64,000 bases of DNA from Octopus sinensis (Eukaryota): NCBI RefSeq assembly GCF_006345805.1, contig NC_043002.1:73408001-73472000 (forward strand), in the 5' to 3' direction. The first letter of the stretch is position 1; the number at the start of each line of letters is the position of its first letter. The position numbers were made by a program, and so were the translations under genes. This document shows, in pieces, positions 11,937 to 25,786 of the stretch. A model generated the notes under the pieces. That model did not search any database. It worked only from the letters and a program-made list of their open reading frames with translations, and was not told the DNA's origin.

Positions 11937-12931
11937 AAACTAAGCGTAACTTCCCCGCTTCCTTTTCTCGACCCACTTCGAAGCAGCCTATGAATGGATC
12001 GCAGTATCCTGGCTAAATCTTGGCGGCAGTGGTGTTTCAGAAACAAACGGTGATTCTAGGCCTACAGAAGACAGATCACTCCGTCTAGGATTTTGCCTTT
12101 AGCGTTATCTTCATCGGTAGCCTCCAAGATAACCGATGTTCCCACAGACGCTCGAGATCCTTTGATTGTATTACTAATTTCGACATGTCGGGAGCATCCC
12201 CAGCTCTGAAACTGTACCATAACGCATGATATTCTTTCGGGTTGATCTACCTTATATTCGCTTTAATATTCGGCTTATACACGAACCCATGCGAAAAGCC
12301 GTACCAATTTGGAAGGAACCGTTGTCTAGCTTGGTGCCAAACCGGGATATCGGGAAGCAACTGAGCCATGCAACGATCCGTGCTCACGTGCAGTAACCAA
12401 CCCTGCAAAATAGTATTGATTTTGTGCCTGCAAACTCAGCCACCACTTCGAACTAAACTGCTATTTTATCCCTATTTTTGTTACCGGTTTAGTCTTTACA
12501 CCAAAACGAGACGTCCATTCCTTCAAAAGAAGCAGCACATGCTAAGAACCTCGAGAATACTCTAGTATTCTAAAGGGCCCCCTAAACAAATGGTGCTGTA
12601 GCAATTACTAGCGAGGTGTATGCAGGCAAAACGATCAGCAGATTCTTAAATATTTCTCTTTTATTGGTTGGATGGGTTATAATAATCTGGTGTCGAAGAA
12701 ATAAATATTAAATTTGACTAGTTAAATTAAATTGTCAAGTTAAAAAGGATTAACTACTTCAATAAATAAAAAGAAAAAAAAAGTGAAAGTAGAACAGAAA
12801 ATAATATCCAGCCAGTAAGTTTCAATATGTTGTGGAATTGCGTCAGTGACGTCTACGACGGATATTTTTGACACATTACGATAAATCAAGAAATAAATCA
12901 AGGTGTGTATGTGTATATGTGTGTTTGTGTA

Positions 12932-12976
<45 letters not shown>

Positions 12977-13109
12977 TGTGTGTGCGCACATACAATTTGC
13001 GTTAATCTCTTACAATTTTTTTCATAATCTTAATGAATCCCTTTAAACAGAAAATGATCATATTGATAATTAAAGAAAGAAAAATAAACAATTTCTCGTT
13101 CATATATAG

Positions 13110-13328
13110 GCGATCAAAATCGATTCCTGGTTCAAAGAACTAATTAATGATTCGGATGTGCTTCAATCAACTAAAATCGAATTACAGGATTTTAAAAATA
13201 TTGCTTCTGCTACTGGTGTCGCCGTCGAAAGCTTTGCAACTCTGTTCTATGCCAACAAAAAGGTAACTCGTGATGTGGTGGATGTTGGAATTTTGAGATA
13301 TCCTGATCCAATGAAACCTTATTTTAAG
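13110..13328 (+). CDS. Gene 1 exon 5: AIKIDSWFKELINDSDVLQSTKIELQDFKNIASATG...VVDVGILRYPDPMKPYFK (73 aa)
   Basis: Acceptor ctcgttcatatatag|, donor AAG|gtaatt, 219 nt, phase 0/0. Shares D.LQ...ELQDF.NI.S with exon 42914-43105. Confidence 0.9.
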
Positions 13329-13974
13329 GTAATTATTTCTTATTGTTAATCCAGTATCTCTCTCTGATACTTATTGTATTTTTAACACACTAAGTACATA
13401 AGTGATGTTATCTCAGGACAAACACAGCAGCAACAGACCTACAGACAATGCGCATACATTTGTTTTGTTCTTGAACAGAATACATGGCTATTTTTTATTC
13501 TTTTAAACTACTTAAATCAAAACCCAATTCTTATCCTTAAGTTATAATCCCTTCATAATGACACATCATTGACGGTGTTTGCTACTTTGATATCCCTGAT
13601 GAGCACTCTGTCATTATTGCCGATTGCACTGAATCCATACGGAACATCTTATTGTTAGTCGGTTAAAATCTTATTTGTATAGAACATTCAAAACCTCTGG
13701 AGTAGGATTCAAGATTATTTTTCTATCACGATTCTAATTTCATCATGCAGAGTAGTATTGTAAGCTAAAACGAAAACCATTTTCTTTTGTTTTACACCTA
13801 AAAAAATGAAGAAAAAAAACGATTAATGAGATTGAATAACTTGGGCAGTCAGCTGGAATAATAAACAGAAAGGAATTCCCGCCAAACTTTTATCTGATAA
13901 AGAAAAATGTTTGGTTGATGTTAAAGAAATGAGATGTTAATGACATGCATTTGTTCCAGCAAACTTAAAAAGCA

Positions 13975-14270
13975 GTGGAGACACATGGCCTAGTGGTTAG
14001 AGCAGCGGACTCGCGGTCGAGGGATCGCAGGTTCCAATCTTAGACCAGGCGATGTCTGTGTTTATGAGCGAAACACCTAAGCTCCATGCGGTTCTTGGCG
14101 AACTTCTGCTGACTCTTTTGCCACAACTTTCTCTCACTCTTTCCTCCTGCATCTAGCAGCTCATCTGAGACGGACCGGCATCCCGTCCAGGTGGGGAACT
14201 TATACACAAATGAAACCGAGAAATCGGCGGCCCTTATGAGACAGGTACGGCTCGAGAAGGAACAAACAAC
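13975..14270 (+). mobile_element. SINE family B variant
   Basis: Head TGGCCTAGTGGTTAGAGCAGCGGACTCGCGGTCGAGGGATCGCAGGTTCCAATC and an internal gaccggcatcccgtccag motif. Confidence 0.75.
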
Positions 14271-16313
14271 AACTTAAAAAGCGAAGAAAACGTGTGATCT
14301 TGAGTCAAATTTAGAAAATATATTGAAATTAAGAAGCCACCAAATATGTGTTTCACTCGTGTGTTTTAGTACTGGCATCATTCGGAGTTTCTTAAAAGAA
14401 TTACCTCTTTATTAAGTTATTATTGCCTTTTTGAAACAGCAGGCTTCATTCTAATGAAACTCAGGTTTCATATTTGCAACATTAAATGGATAAATGTCAG
14501 ATATCTTTCTGGATAGGGCACTTTTCTCTGACAGACGGTCTCAGAAAGACCTGGCTCTCCCCCCACCCCCCGCCACACACACCTCTTAAAATAAAACATG
14601 TAGAAAGAAATCATCAAAAACTATCCTATGAGCTCCACATACATAAATCAATGTCCTTATCGTATTCAGACTTTAAGTTACTATTTTTATTATTAACTCA
14701 TAAAAAAAAATTCATTCATTATTTAACTCTTACCTTTTACAGTTTTTATCTTGTACACTGAAGCCACGGAGTTTGTACTTTTATATCTTTCACAGATATT
14801 TCTATTTCCGATATTCTGTTCAAGAACAATACAATTTTAAGACACTTTTCTCTCTGAATATTTCATGAAACTTATACAATCGCTTATTTACCAGATGATC
14901 AACTCTGATTTAGATCTTTTAATGTGTAAAACCAGTAATTATATCACATAAGTAATCTGGTGTCTCTGATATGTTTAATTCCTTTAGTACGCCCTAATAA
15001 CAAATATATCAATTTCATGAAGGTGACAAGTCTATTTCTAGTCGCTTTAATCTAACGTTTAAGTCCGCTATTCTGCCCCATCAATTCTCTAATCGCTAAT
15101 GTGAATATACATTTTAAAATTGCTTCCATTTCTTGTTTTTGAACATGTTATTTTATTATAAAGTTTTAAAATTTCAAACATCCAGTTTTAAATTTCAAAA
15201 AATCTACACTAAACAGACCTACACACAAGCGCGCTCGCGCTCACACACGCACACATACATACATGCGCACACACACTCACTTATACATACATACATTTGT
15301 AGAATAAATTTAATGCGCAATGTCGTCATCCTATAGATCGTGATCCTATGAATATCAACTGATGAAATAAATATATTCATTTCATAAGTCCTGACTTTAC
15401 ATTGTACACACGTTTCTATATATTTTTCAGGGATTTCAATTTACTAGAACTAAGAACGGCGAATGTCTCTTATAACTTTCTTTGATTACTTAAATGGCTG
15501 CATATCTTAATAAAGAATATATTAGCACCTTCAAAACATGGCTCGAAGGCATATTCTTCTAGAGTCATATTTATGCTACTATCCAGCCCCCTAAAGTTCT
15601 TAAGCATAAGTAGATTTCGAATTTCAAAAGGACTGGTGATGCTCACATTACTTTCATAGAGAGTTAATATATATCTAAAGCATATAGCATTTGAAATATA
15701 GATTATATCGCGAATTCATACAGTTTCTTGACTTCGAATTCCATATAATTTCACTGTTTAAAAATGTTTTTATTTCACGCCCACTTTCTGGTTTCCATTC
15801 CTCATTTCATATGTAATTTTTGTGTGTGTGGTTTTTGTCGTTGTTGTTGTTGCTGTTTTGTGCAGCTCATTTATATTACACTAGCACTACATATGCTAGC
15901 GCATACATATGCAGCTGCGTGCGCGCGCACATACACGCGAGTACTGTCCAAATCTCCGACCAATCACATACAGCTAGCTGGCATTCAATTGGCGTATCAA
16001 GTTTCGGTCATTTTGATTGGGTTTTGGATAGAAAATTCACAAAAAAGTCACTTCTATTGATTTTTTAATGGTTTTGCGAAGTGACTGGGGAAATGTAATG
16101 ATGTGCACGACCACCCTTGGACGGTTTTGAATGACCATAGAAAATGCGAGCCCTCTAACTGAAAAATTGTGGATTTGTATAAAGGATACACACACGCACA
16201 CACATATACGCACACACACATACACGCACACACACATACACGCACACACACATACACGCACACACACACACATTTTGCCGTTTATATATATAGAGATTAC
16301 TGTCTCGTTTCAG

Positions 16314-16499
16314 TTATACCGTATCAGACTCTTCGCATACAGCGACCGAACACGCTATACATTTTATGAAGAGACATACAGTGGAATTGAAGGTACTTAC
16401 CATTCGCAGGGATTCGTACCGAGAAAAGATGTCATCGATGCAATCGCTCCCAATCGTTTCGACAAATTTGTTCAGAATGCATTAGATTCTTTGTTGTAA
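16314..16499 (+). CDS. Gene 1 exon 6 (terminal): LYRIRLFAYSDRTRYTFYEETYSGIEGTYHSQGFVPRKDVIDAIAPNRFDKFVQNALDSLL*
   Basis: Acceptor gtctcgtttcag|, phase 0, stop TAA at 16497-16499. The six exons sum to 930 nt = 309 aa + stop. Confidence 0.9.
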   Translation, partial: LYRIRLFAYSDRTRYTFYEETYSGIEGTYHSQGFVPRKDVIDAIAPNRFDKFVQNALDSLL

Positions 16500-16504
16500 A
16501 TAAA
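16499..16504 (+). terminator. Candidate poly(A) signal AATAAA overlapping the gene 1 stop codon
   Basis: TAAATAAA at the stop codon; usage not demonstrable from sequence. Confidence 0.3.
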
Positions 16505-16598
16505 TTGATTTCGACTTAATTTTGTTTGTGTACGTGAATCGTCAACGATTACTTTTTTATGTATATGAAAATGTTTTCTTCTAAATTTCAATCACTTT

Positions 16599-16940
16599 CA
16601 ATGTGAAGTATATTTGCCACTTAAATGTGGCCAAGTGTGGATGCTACTGTAGCTTGTAGCCCCAGGAGAACATCTTCTCCAGCTGGCTATTGACACTTTC
16701 TGTGTCTTATCATTATTTGCAAAGGGAAGCCAACCTTCTCATCGTCGACCTGACGTGATACGCACGGACCCAGGTTTCTGAGTATTTACCCGTCGTCAGC
16801 GCACGACAATCAAATACTGATAGGGCACAGAAAGTGTGTCAATAGCCAATTGGAAAAGATGTTCTCCTGGGGCTACAAGCTACAATAGCATCCACCCTTA
16901 GTGGTTAGCCACATTTATGTGGCAAATATACTTCACATTG
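16599..16940. mobile_element. MITE with long (~110 bp) imperfect TIRs, just 3' of gene 1
   Basis: caatgtgaagtatatttgccac...gtggcaaatatacttcacattg termini plus a continuing inner IR. A related partial copy lies at about 39255-39450. Confidence 0.75.
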
Positions 16941-17830
16941 TCGTGCAACTACTGTTTATACCGCGTTCAGAGATTTATTATTGTTTAATCGCTTTCATTT
17001 TTCTAAAATATAAAATACCTATATGGCATATGCAATTGAAGCAGGATTTAATTAAAACAGTCATTTATGAATAATACTTACTGTAGACACTCTATCGATA
17101 GGCCAGTTACTGCGGTATTAGTCCAGTGATAACATCTTTTGTGGACTTATGCGCAACATTATCGAATGTTTATTCAATTGTTCTTGTATCAGAGAGGACG
17201 ATTTCTCGTCCAAGCATGAAACTGCTTGCGAGTACGCGCCACTTAAAAGGACCTAAAAAGCCGAAATGCATCTGGCGCTCTTGCTGGCCATTACTGGGAC
17301 GAATTTTCCTCCTCTCCCCCCCCTCTCTCTCTGAGATATTTATTGTGTGCATAAGAGATATATTCATAAGAGATGTTACTTTAGTAACTAGCTTATCAAT
17401 ATTGTATATATATAGTGTATGATACATAGATGGCTATTAAATATGTAATTGCTCCATTTTAGATGACAAATTATAATTAAATCTTGAATAATATGACTTA
17501 AACATCATCCCAGGAAAGAATTAAAGCAAGCCGATATTAAAGCAAAAGTCTTCATTGATATCAAAATTTATTCAATCATAAGAAATATTTGCTTCAAATT
17601 TCGGCTCAGGGGCAGCAATCTCAGAAGAAGAGGGCTTGTGGATTACATCGACCCCCAGTGCTCAACTGATACTTATTTTATCGACCCCAAAAGGATGAAA
17701 GGCGAAATCGATTTTGGTGGAATATAAACTCATAACGTAAAGACGGATGAAATGCTGAATAAGCATTTGCCCGGCCTGCCAATGATTCTGCCAGCTCGCT
17801 GCACTCACCGTTTTAAGCAACATTAATAGT

Positions 17831-18026
17831 GGCGTAGGAGTGGCTGTATGGTAAGTAGCTTGCTTACGAACCACATGGTTCCTGGCTCAGTACCACTGCG
17901 TGGCACCTTGGGCAAGTGTCTTCTACTATAGCCTCGGGCCGACCAAAGCCTTGTGAGTGGATTTGGTAGACGGAAACTGAAAGAAGCCCGTCGTATATAT
18001 GTATGTATATATGTGTGTGTGTGTGT

Positions 18027-18088
<62 letters not shown>

Positions 18089-18292
18089 TTGTGCGTCTGT
18101 GTTTATCCCCCAACATCGCTTGACAACCGATGCTGGTGTGTTTACGTCCCCGTAACTTAGCGTTACAGCAAAAGAGACCGGATAGAATAAGTACTAGGTT
18201 TACAAAGAATTAGTCCTGGAGTCGATTTGCTCGACTAAAGCCGGTGCTCCAGCATGGCCACAGTCAAATGATTGAAACAGGTAAAAGAGTAA
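17831..18292 (+). mobile_element. SINE family A, full length
   Basis: tRNA-like head GGCGTAGGAGTGGCTGTATGGTAAG...GGTTCCTGGCTCAGTACC, central ccttgggcaagtgtcttctactatagcc...gaaagaagcccgtcg, (TG)n, and a conserved 3' tail. Many copies in the window. Confidence 0.88.
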
Positions 18293-18869
18293 TATGAATG
18301 CTAATGATATTTTATTTTGTACGACGTCTACATCATGTCTATACCTGTACGTCTGAATCATTACAAAATACTTTCGTTGAGATCTCCACAGCACTGAATG
18401 TTATTAATTACATTAGAAAACTTCTCTACCCAGGCTTTCTCCCTTCATAGCAAAAAGCTAACATTGTATAAAAATTCGTTTGCATCACTCGAGAAATCAT
18501 TCAACTGATTTCTCCTGTTTCAACTTCACTTTATCACCGGGCTTCATCTTTGGTGGAAGAAACGCAAAAACCGCATTACGATAGACAACAGGGACATTAG
18601 TGCGACCACAGATTTTTATTATAATAAATCACGAGAAGACATGCGTATATGAATTATTACAGATTGATATACTAGCGTGATATTTGTTTAGTTCGTTTCG
18701 CAACCAAACGGCTCCAGGTTCGTCCCAAGTGTACGACACTGTGAGCAAGTGTCGTCTACCTCGGTTTAATCAATACCTTGTGAGTGAAATTAAGCCAGAA
18801 ACTGCGCGCGCGTGTGTGTGTGTGTGTGTGTGTGTGTTGCTGCAGGATATAAACATCGGTCAAAAATAT

Positions 18870-20060
18870 CAGATCTAGTTGGTCTTTACATTCTAGATGT
18901 CTTTACAAAAGAGATAAAAGAAGCTGATGTAGGACTTTATAGGGATGATAGTCTCGGAATGGCACATAGCACAAATGAATACGATATGGATAAGGAAAGA
19001 ATTACACAAAATATTTAGCCAACTAAACCTAAGAAGTACAATTAACATCAACTTTAAGGTTAATTTCTTAGACCTTAATGTAGGCAAATTTAAACCTTAC
19101 CATAAACTAAATGAGGAGACCCCACACATCGACATGGGCTTCAACCACCTACCGTCAATCACAAAACAATTAGTTAATTACATTAGCGGACGCATTTCCA
19201 ACCTGTCCTCTGATAAAACCACTATCGAAAAAGCTGCCCCATACTAAAACACAGGATTAAAAAGGTCCAACTTTAAGAGTCGTATAAACTATAATGAGCT
19301 AAATGTAGATAGACGAAGAAGACGCAAGCAGAGGAGAATTCACTATATAGCATGAATGTAGCCACTAATATAGCTAGAAAATTCCTAAAATTAATAGATA
19401 ATAGATAACCACTTCGCATATTCACATAAACATCTTCAATAGAAATACGGTTAAAGTTAGCTACAGTTGCATCCCAAATATAGGGTCGATTATATGCAGC
19501 AATAAAAATGACAATATTAGAAACAACTCACCACCACCACCACCATCACCAAGGACTATGTAATTGTAGGTCTCGAGATGGCTGTCCCCTGAACAGCAGG
19601 TGCTTGGAGAGAGAACTGGTGTACAAAGCCAACATCGCAGATTCGGACGGAGCAACAAAAATAAGTTAGAATGACGGCAAACACCTTCAAATAAAGATAT
19701 GACAGCATTTGGCTTCGTTTACAGACAAAAGCAAACAGCATACAACATTCCTAGCCAGTATGTATGGATACTGTAAAAGAGTAACGTGATCAACCCCCAG
19801 ATTACCGGGAACATTATTGCCAAGGCCAAGAAATGCCGTGAAAGGAGCAACAAATTCGAACTTCATATCACTGAAAAATTAAACATTATTACGTTAAATG
19901 CGAATATCTTAAATACTAGGAATAAAACCTTCTCCTTACATGCTTAAGCAATATTTCAGACTCTGAAATTTCAACAGGCCCCACCACCTACTTTATCACC
20001 TCACACTCCAACTTGGATAGGTTTTGTCTCCTAAACAACAATTTTACTCATTATATGAAC
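18870..20060 (+). mobile_element. Penelope-like element fragment (RT C-terminus plus GIY-YIG), degraded
   Basis: VGLYILD...GLYRDDSLG, NFLDL..FKPYHK, SGRISNLSS..KAAPY, and a downstream C-P-L-N..C..GIY-YIG region. Confidence 0.8.
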
Positions 20061-20354
20061 TTTGTACATAAAAGACTTATGCTCAGCTCCCTCATTACAC
20101 AACTCTATGGACATCACACAAATGCATGACATCATACGATATACGCAATTTATGAATCCACAACTCCACGAGCTTATAATCCCAGGAATAATCCCAGGAA
20201 CCAAGTTGGATATCAAAATATGTGAAAGAAATACGAAACATTGCAATTATGAATACACATCTAAACACGAATAAACTGCATTATGCAGATGCAAGTGTGT
20301 GTGTATGCCTGTGTATCTGTGTATGCGTATACATACGTGCATTTTGTGTACATG

Positions 20355-20386
<32 letters not shown>

Positions 20387-21697
20387 CGTGTGTGTGCATG
20401 TATGTATAAATATAGGTGTATATATATATGTGTGTGTATATGTGTGAGTGTGTGCATATGCGCTTGACACTAAGTCCACAGAATAATTCACAGAATGAAT
20501 ATGCACACAAACTTATGAATATATGTACAAACTTTAGTATAAATATATACACAAACTTATAAATAGACAATGCTATGAATTAACGTGTCAAAACATGTGA
20601 AGTTCCACAATCAGGCACACACACACATATATGCAAACACGAACTGCTAAATACGAATAATGCAGGTATGGTTATGTGTGTGTATGCACATAAAACTCAA
20701 ACCGAATATTTATAAAATTCAAATTAATACAAGGGAGATAATAATTCGAGAGTTTCGCTTTGAGATGCATACTGATTTGTTTGCACAAAGAAATCTCGCG
20801 CGACTTCACGTGACCTAACATGATTTTACTTTTTTTATTGCTTTTATCCAAAATGGAGACGAACACCAACGTCCCAAGTTACTGTGAGGGAGTAAACTCA
20901 ATATCGCCAAAAGAGATTTCACTCTTCACTAAAGCATACATGAGTCATTCGGAAACGTTTCAACATTAAATCAGAACCGGAAGTAACCAGTTAAAACATT
21001 CTTCAGTCGGATTATCTCACAAATTCTGTGGCAATGTCTTTCTATACGTAGGCGTGGCCAGTATGGTAGGAAATCTGCTTCCTAACGACATAGTTCACTT
21101 CCATTACATGGCACATTGGGCAAAAGCCTTCTACTATAGCCTTGGTCCGACCAAAATCTTGTGAGTAGATTTGATAGGAACTGAAAAAAATATGTCGCGT
21201 ATATATATTGTCGAACACACATACAAAGTCTATATGCTCTGCGCGTTCACCTGTAGGCTGCGATTTGACTCGGTAGAGATGACTCTCTCAAAGTGCCAGA
21301 TGTTAAAACACCTGAGAATCATAGTCATAGATAGGTGAGAAATCTCACTCCAAGCCCCATTCAGCAGCGATGGACATCGATGATTCGCCATTTTTGTGCG
21401 TATCAACATTACATATCTGAATCGAACTGGAGGCAAATTGAATAACCTGTCCATTACTATATATAAAATGGTGTAGAAACTATCTGCTGGTATGTCTGAA
21501 CGATGTATAAATTCAAATGTGAATTAGAAGTAGCACGAGTGTTATAAACATTATCGAACGCATATATGCAGTGTAAGTTCTTTACTTGTTCGCCGGTCGA
21601 CACGATTTTACGCAAGGATTTTCAGTAATATTTATACCCCAAAATAAACTCCCTGCAAAAATGTCAAGTGAGAATTACATGCACGTATGTCTTCCTA

Positions 21698-22010
21698 GGA
21701 GGCGTTATGGCCCAGTGGTTAGGGCAGCGGACTCGCGGTCGAAGGATCGCGGTTTCGATTCCCAGACCGGGCGTTGTGTGTGTTTATTGAGCGAAAAAAC
21801 CTAAAGCTCCACGAGGTCCGACAGGGTGTGGTGGCGACCCCTGTTGTATTCTTTCGCCCCAACTTTCTCTCACTCTTTCTTCCTGTTTTTTGAGTAACGC
21901 TGCGATGGACTGGCGTCGCGTCCAGCTAGGGGGGACACATACACCATAGAAACCGGGAAACCAGGCCCATGAGCCTGGCTAGGCTTGAAAAAGGCGCATA
22001 AATAAATAAT
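21698..22010 (+). mobile_element. SINE family B, full length (tRNA-derived head, V-domain-like GCGATGGACTGGCGTC motif)
   Basis: A-box TGGCCCAGTGG, B-box GTTTCGATTCC, (AAAT)n tail; multiple copies on both strands. Confidence 0.88.
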
Positions 22011-22883
22011 GCCTTTCTGAAACAGTGCCAAGAAGTGAGTTACATGTTAGAAAGGGCAAAGGGCATATATCTTATTAAAAATGTAACATTAAATTGATTT
22101 CTTACCTAGGCAAAAAGACAGAAATTTCTGAGGTAGAAGCAGTCGATTATATGGCTGGCACTTATTTCATTGTGGCCGGAAGGATGAAAGGTAATGTTGA
22201 CCGAGGCGTGATTAAATTGCTAATTTTTAGACGAGGTGAGCAGTTTTGAGATGAGGGTGAAGTGGCTAACATCACCCTCCGCCAGTGCTCAGCTTATTTT
22301 ACCAAGTCCGAGAGGAAGGAATGCAAAGCCGACCAAGATGGCATTTGAACCCAGAACGTAAAGAGCCAGAAGAAATACATTTCGTCTGGCACCATAACGA
22401 TTCTGCCACCATGACGCATTGTAAATTAAATGAAATTGATAATAAAGGAAGTAACCATATCTAACGTTTGTTCTATAGTATTCAATCATTTTACACTACA
22501 ATCTTCACAACGTTAAGCTGACACTGACGGAAACGATGAAAGAATATACTGATATATCTTCTACATGTTTCAGTCATTGGACTACAGCAATACTGGAGCA
22601 TCGAAGTGAAGAGTTTTAGACGAACAAATCGACCTCATATACTTATGCTTTTTATTTTTAAAGCCGGGTACTTATTTTATCGGGCTGTTTACTTGAACCG
22701 CCAAGTTACGGTGATGAAAAAGTAACAAGACTGCTTGTCAAGTGGTGGTAGGGGTGACAAACATGGGCATAAAGGCATATGCATACACATATATGTGTGT
22801 GTATGTGTGTGTGTTTATGTGTATATAGATATAAACATATATGTATATATAAACATATGTATATATACACACATATATATATA

Positions 22884-23122
<239 letters not shown>

Positions 23123-23305
23123 TGTTTCTTTATTAGCCACACAGGGCTGAATACAGAGGGGACAAATTACAAAGTAGAACTTTTCTTTCTGGGGAGAAAA
23201 AAAAAATGAAAAGAAAAAGAAAAAGAAAAAGGGGGTAGGTTTTCGATTAAAAGGGATCGTAAAAAATGATCAATAGAAATCGTGTATCACAGAAATGTCA
23301 TGATG

Positions 23306-23382
<77 letters not shown>

Positions 23383-23685
23383 GTTGCTGGTTTTCAAACA
23401 GTTTCTATCTACCAAATTGAATCACAAGGGATTGACCGACTCAGGGCTATAAGTAGAAAATAATTGCCAAGGTGTTGCGCAGTTGGACTGAACCCGAGGC
23501 CATGTGGTTGGAAAGCAAGCTTCTTAACCACACAGCCATTCTTGCATATGTAGAATATAAAATGTATTTCTACTAAACGGTTGACAGTGATTTTGATGTA
23601 ACGACTGTAGCCAGCTTCCTCAGCCAGTAAGCTCTGTAGTTAAAAGTATCATTTATAGGCTTAAGTTTACTGTGTACGTGGAGTA

Positions 23686-24160
23686 CGAGGTGGTATCAAA
23701 AAGTTCCCGGACTGACTATGTTTAATAAAAAATAACTTATTTACCTCAGTTTTAGCACCATCTCCTTCGAAATAGTCAACTTGCACAGCAATACACCGGT
23801 CCCGGCGTTCCTGACACTTTTGGAATCCGGCCTGGAAGTCGTCCGCCATAAGCGAGTCGATGGTCTTCTGCGATTCGCTCTTGATCTCGACAACGGTGTT
23901 CAAACGGTGACCTTTGAACTGTATTTTCATCTTGGGGAAGAGAGAGAAGTCCGCAGGTGCTAAATCTGGAGAATGGGGGGGGGGGGAGCGAAAGTGATAC
24001 CATGTTTTTGGCGAGAAACTGACGAGTGAGGAGAGCTCGGTGATTGTGTGCATTGTCATTGTGAAGAATCCGCCTCTTCGCGCGTTACAGATCCGGTCGC
24101 TTTCGCCGAACGTCCTTCTTCAAACGTCTCAAACGTCACAGTAGAACTCTTGATTGTCAG
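23686..24160 (-). mobile_element. mariner transposon 3' fragment (DD34D-type transposase remnant)
   Basis: HDNAHNHRALLTRQFLAKNMV..PP(fs)HSPDLAPADFSLFPKMK..FKGHR..W-like ERRDRCIAVQVDYFEGD. TIR cgaggtggtatcaaaaagttcc next to TA at 23684. Confidence 0.85.
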
Positions 24161-24467
24161 TTTCTATACCCGGCGAGCAGAGGGTAGTTTGCGTCTGCGC
24201 ATTGGTCTGAAAAGTTAGAGTATACAGATCGTTAGATTTGTACGTGCTTCTAGCGATACGTACAGCTTGGATTATAAAGGCTTCCTGCTGACGAGTCTGG
24301 CCTTGGCAGATGAATTCTATTCATTTGCTAAAAAGAAGATGAAACTGCAGTACAGGAATAGCTGAGATGGTAAACGTTTTTAATTTTCAGTCCATTTCAT
24401 GAATTTATCCCCCCCCCCCTTGTGTATCTAGCACTTACTTCTTTATTTGGAAGCCTTTTAATGTATT

Positions 24468-24543
<76 letters not shown>

Positions 24544-24545
<2 letters not shown>

Positions 24546-25044
24546 GTAAATCCTCGAGTATAGTCCGCCCTTGAGTATAATACGCAGGGGAATTTTACCT
24601 CTGAAAACCCTAAACCTTGTGTATAATACGCACCCCTTCTCTAACTTGAGTCAAGAAGGTCTATATAACGTCCTTGGTTTGTAAAAATGTATACGATAAC
24701 GTCCTTTATTATTATTTTATATATAAAATAATGCAAACGTGTACCTTTTTTGTACATTTTGTTTGCAGAAAATAAAGAAATAACAGTAATAACGTTTAAT
24801 AAATGTTGCTTACTGCAAGTTATGGATGATTCTTTTATGACTTCATTGCTTTCAGGCTTAGCTTAAGGTATTTTCGCGCCCGACATCACAAAATGCGTCT
24901 GAATAAACATTGCCGGACAGCAAATCGAGGCTCGGACATTGCTTAGAAAATAATTTTCATTTTTAACTTCGTATATAGTACGCACTAGGGATTTTGACCA
25001 TTAAATTTGGGGGGGAAATGCAGATTATACTCGAGGATTTACGG
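24544..25044. mobile_element. Non-autonomous Tc1/mariner-superfamily element (MITE)
   Basis: TIRs CCGTAAATCCTCGAGTATA at both ends, flanked by TA. Confidence 0.85.
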
Positions 25045-25512
25045 TATATATATATTATAAGCTGGCAGAGTCATTAGCACGCTGGGAGAAATGCTTACTG
25101 GTATTTCATCCGTCGTATGTATGTATGCATGTATGTATGTATGTATGGATGGATGGATGGATGGATGGATGGATGGATGGATGGATGGATGGATGGATCG
25201 ACGGATCGATGGATTGGATTGGATTGGATTGTCTATGTTCAACCGATTTGAGCTTAAGATCATACAGGTGCGATAAACCGTCTCTGCGATGCTGGTTCGA
25301 CATGGCTTGATATGTTTTTTTTCAATTACTCATACCCAGCGGTAATTAAGTTGATTACATCGAACACAGTGGTCAACTGGTACTCATTTTATCGACTCCA
25401 AAAGAATGAAAGGCAAAGACGACCTTGGCGGAATTTGAATTCAGAATGTAAGAACGGACGAAATACCAGTAAGGTTCCCGCCTGGTGTGCTAACGATTCT
25501 ACCAGCTCAACA

Positions 25513-25642
<130 letters not shown>

Positions 25643-25786
25643 AGTAGTTGAATGAATTATCCTAGTATGGATATTTCGGTTAACCGATACCCGGGTAGCA
25701 AATTCACGTCAGAAAAACACGGTTGAAGCTACATGCCAAGGGCAGAGATCACGTGCTTTCGTGTGGAAATTTGTGTGTTTTTTTTA

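Noticed and set aside
13592-13660. CTGATGA as a hammerhead core
   Set aside because: No correctly placed GAAA, stem III or stem I could be built.
21698-21775. tRNA gene
   Set aside because: It is the tRNA-like head of a SINE: it continues into SINE body and tail, lacks a proper acceptor stem, and has many diverged copies.
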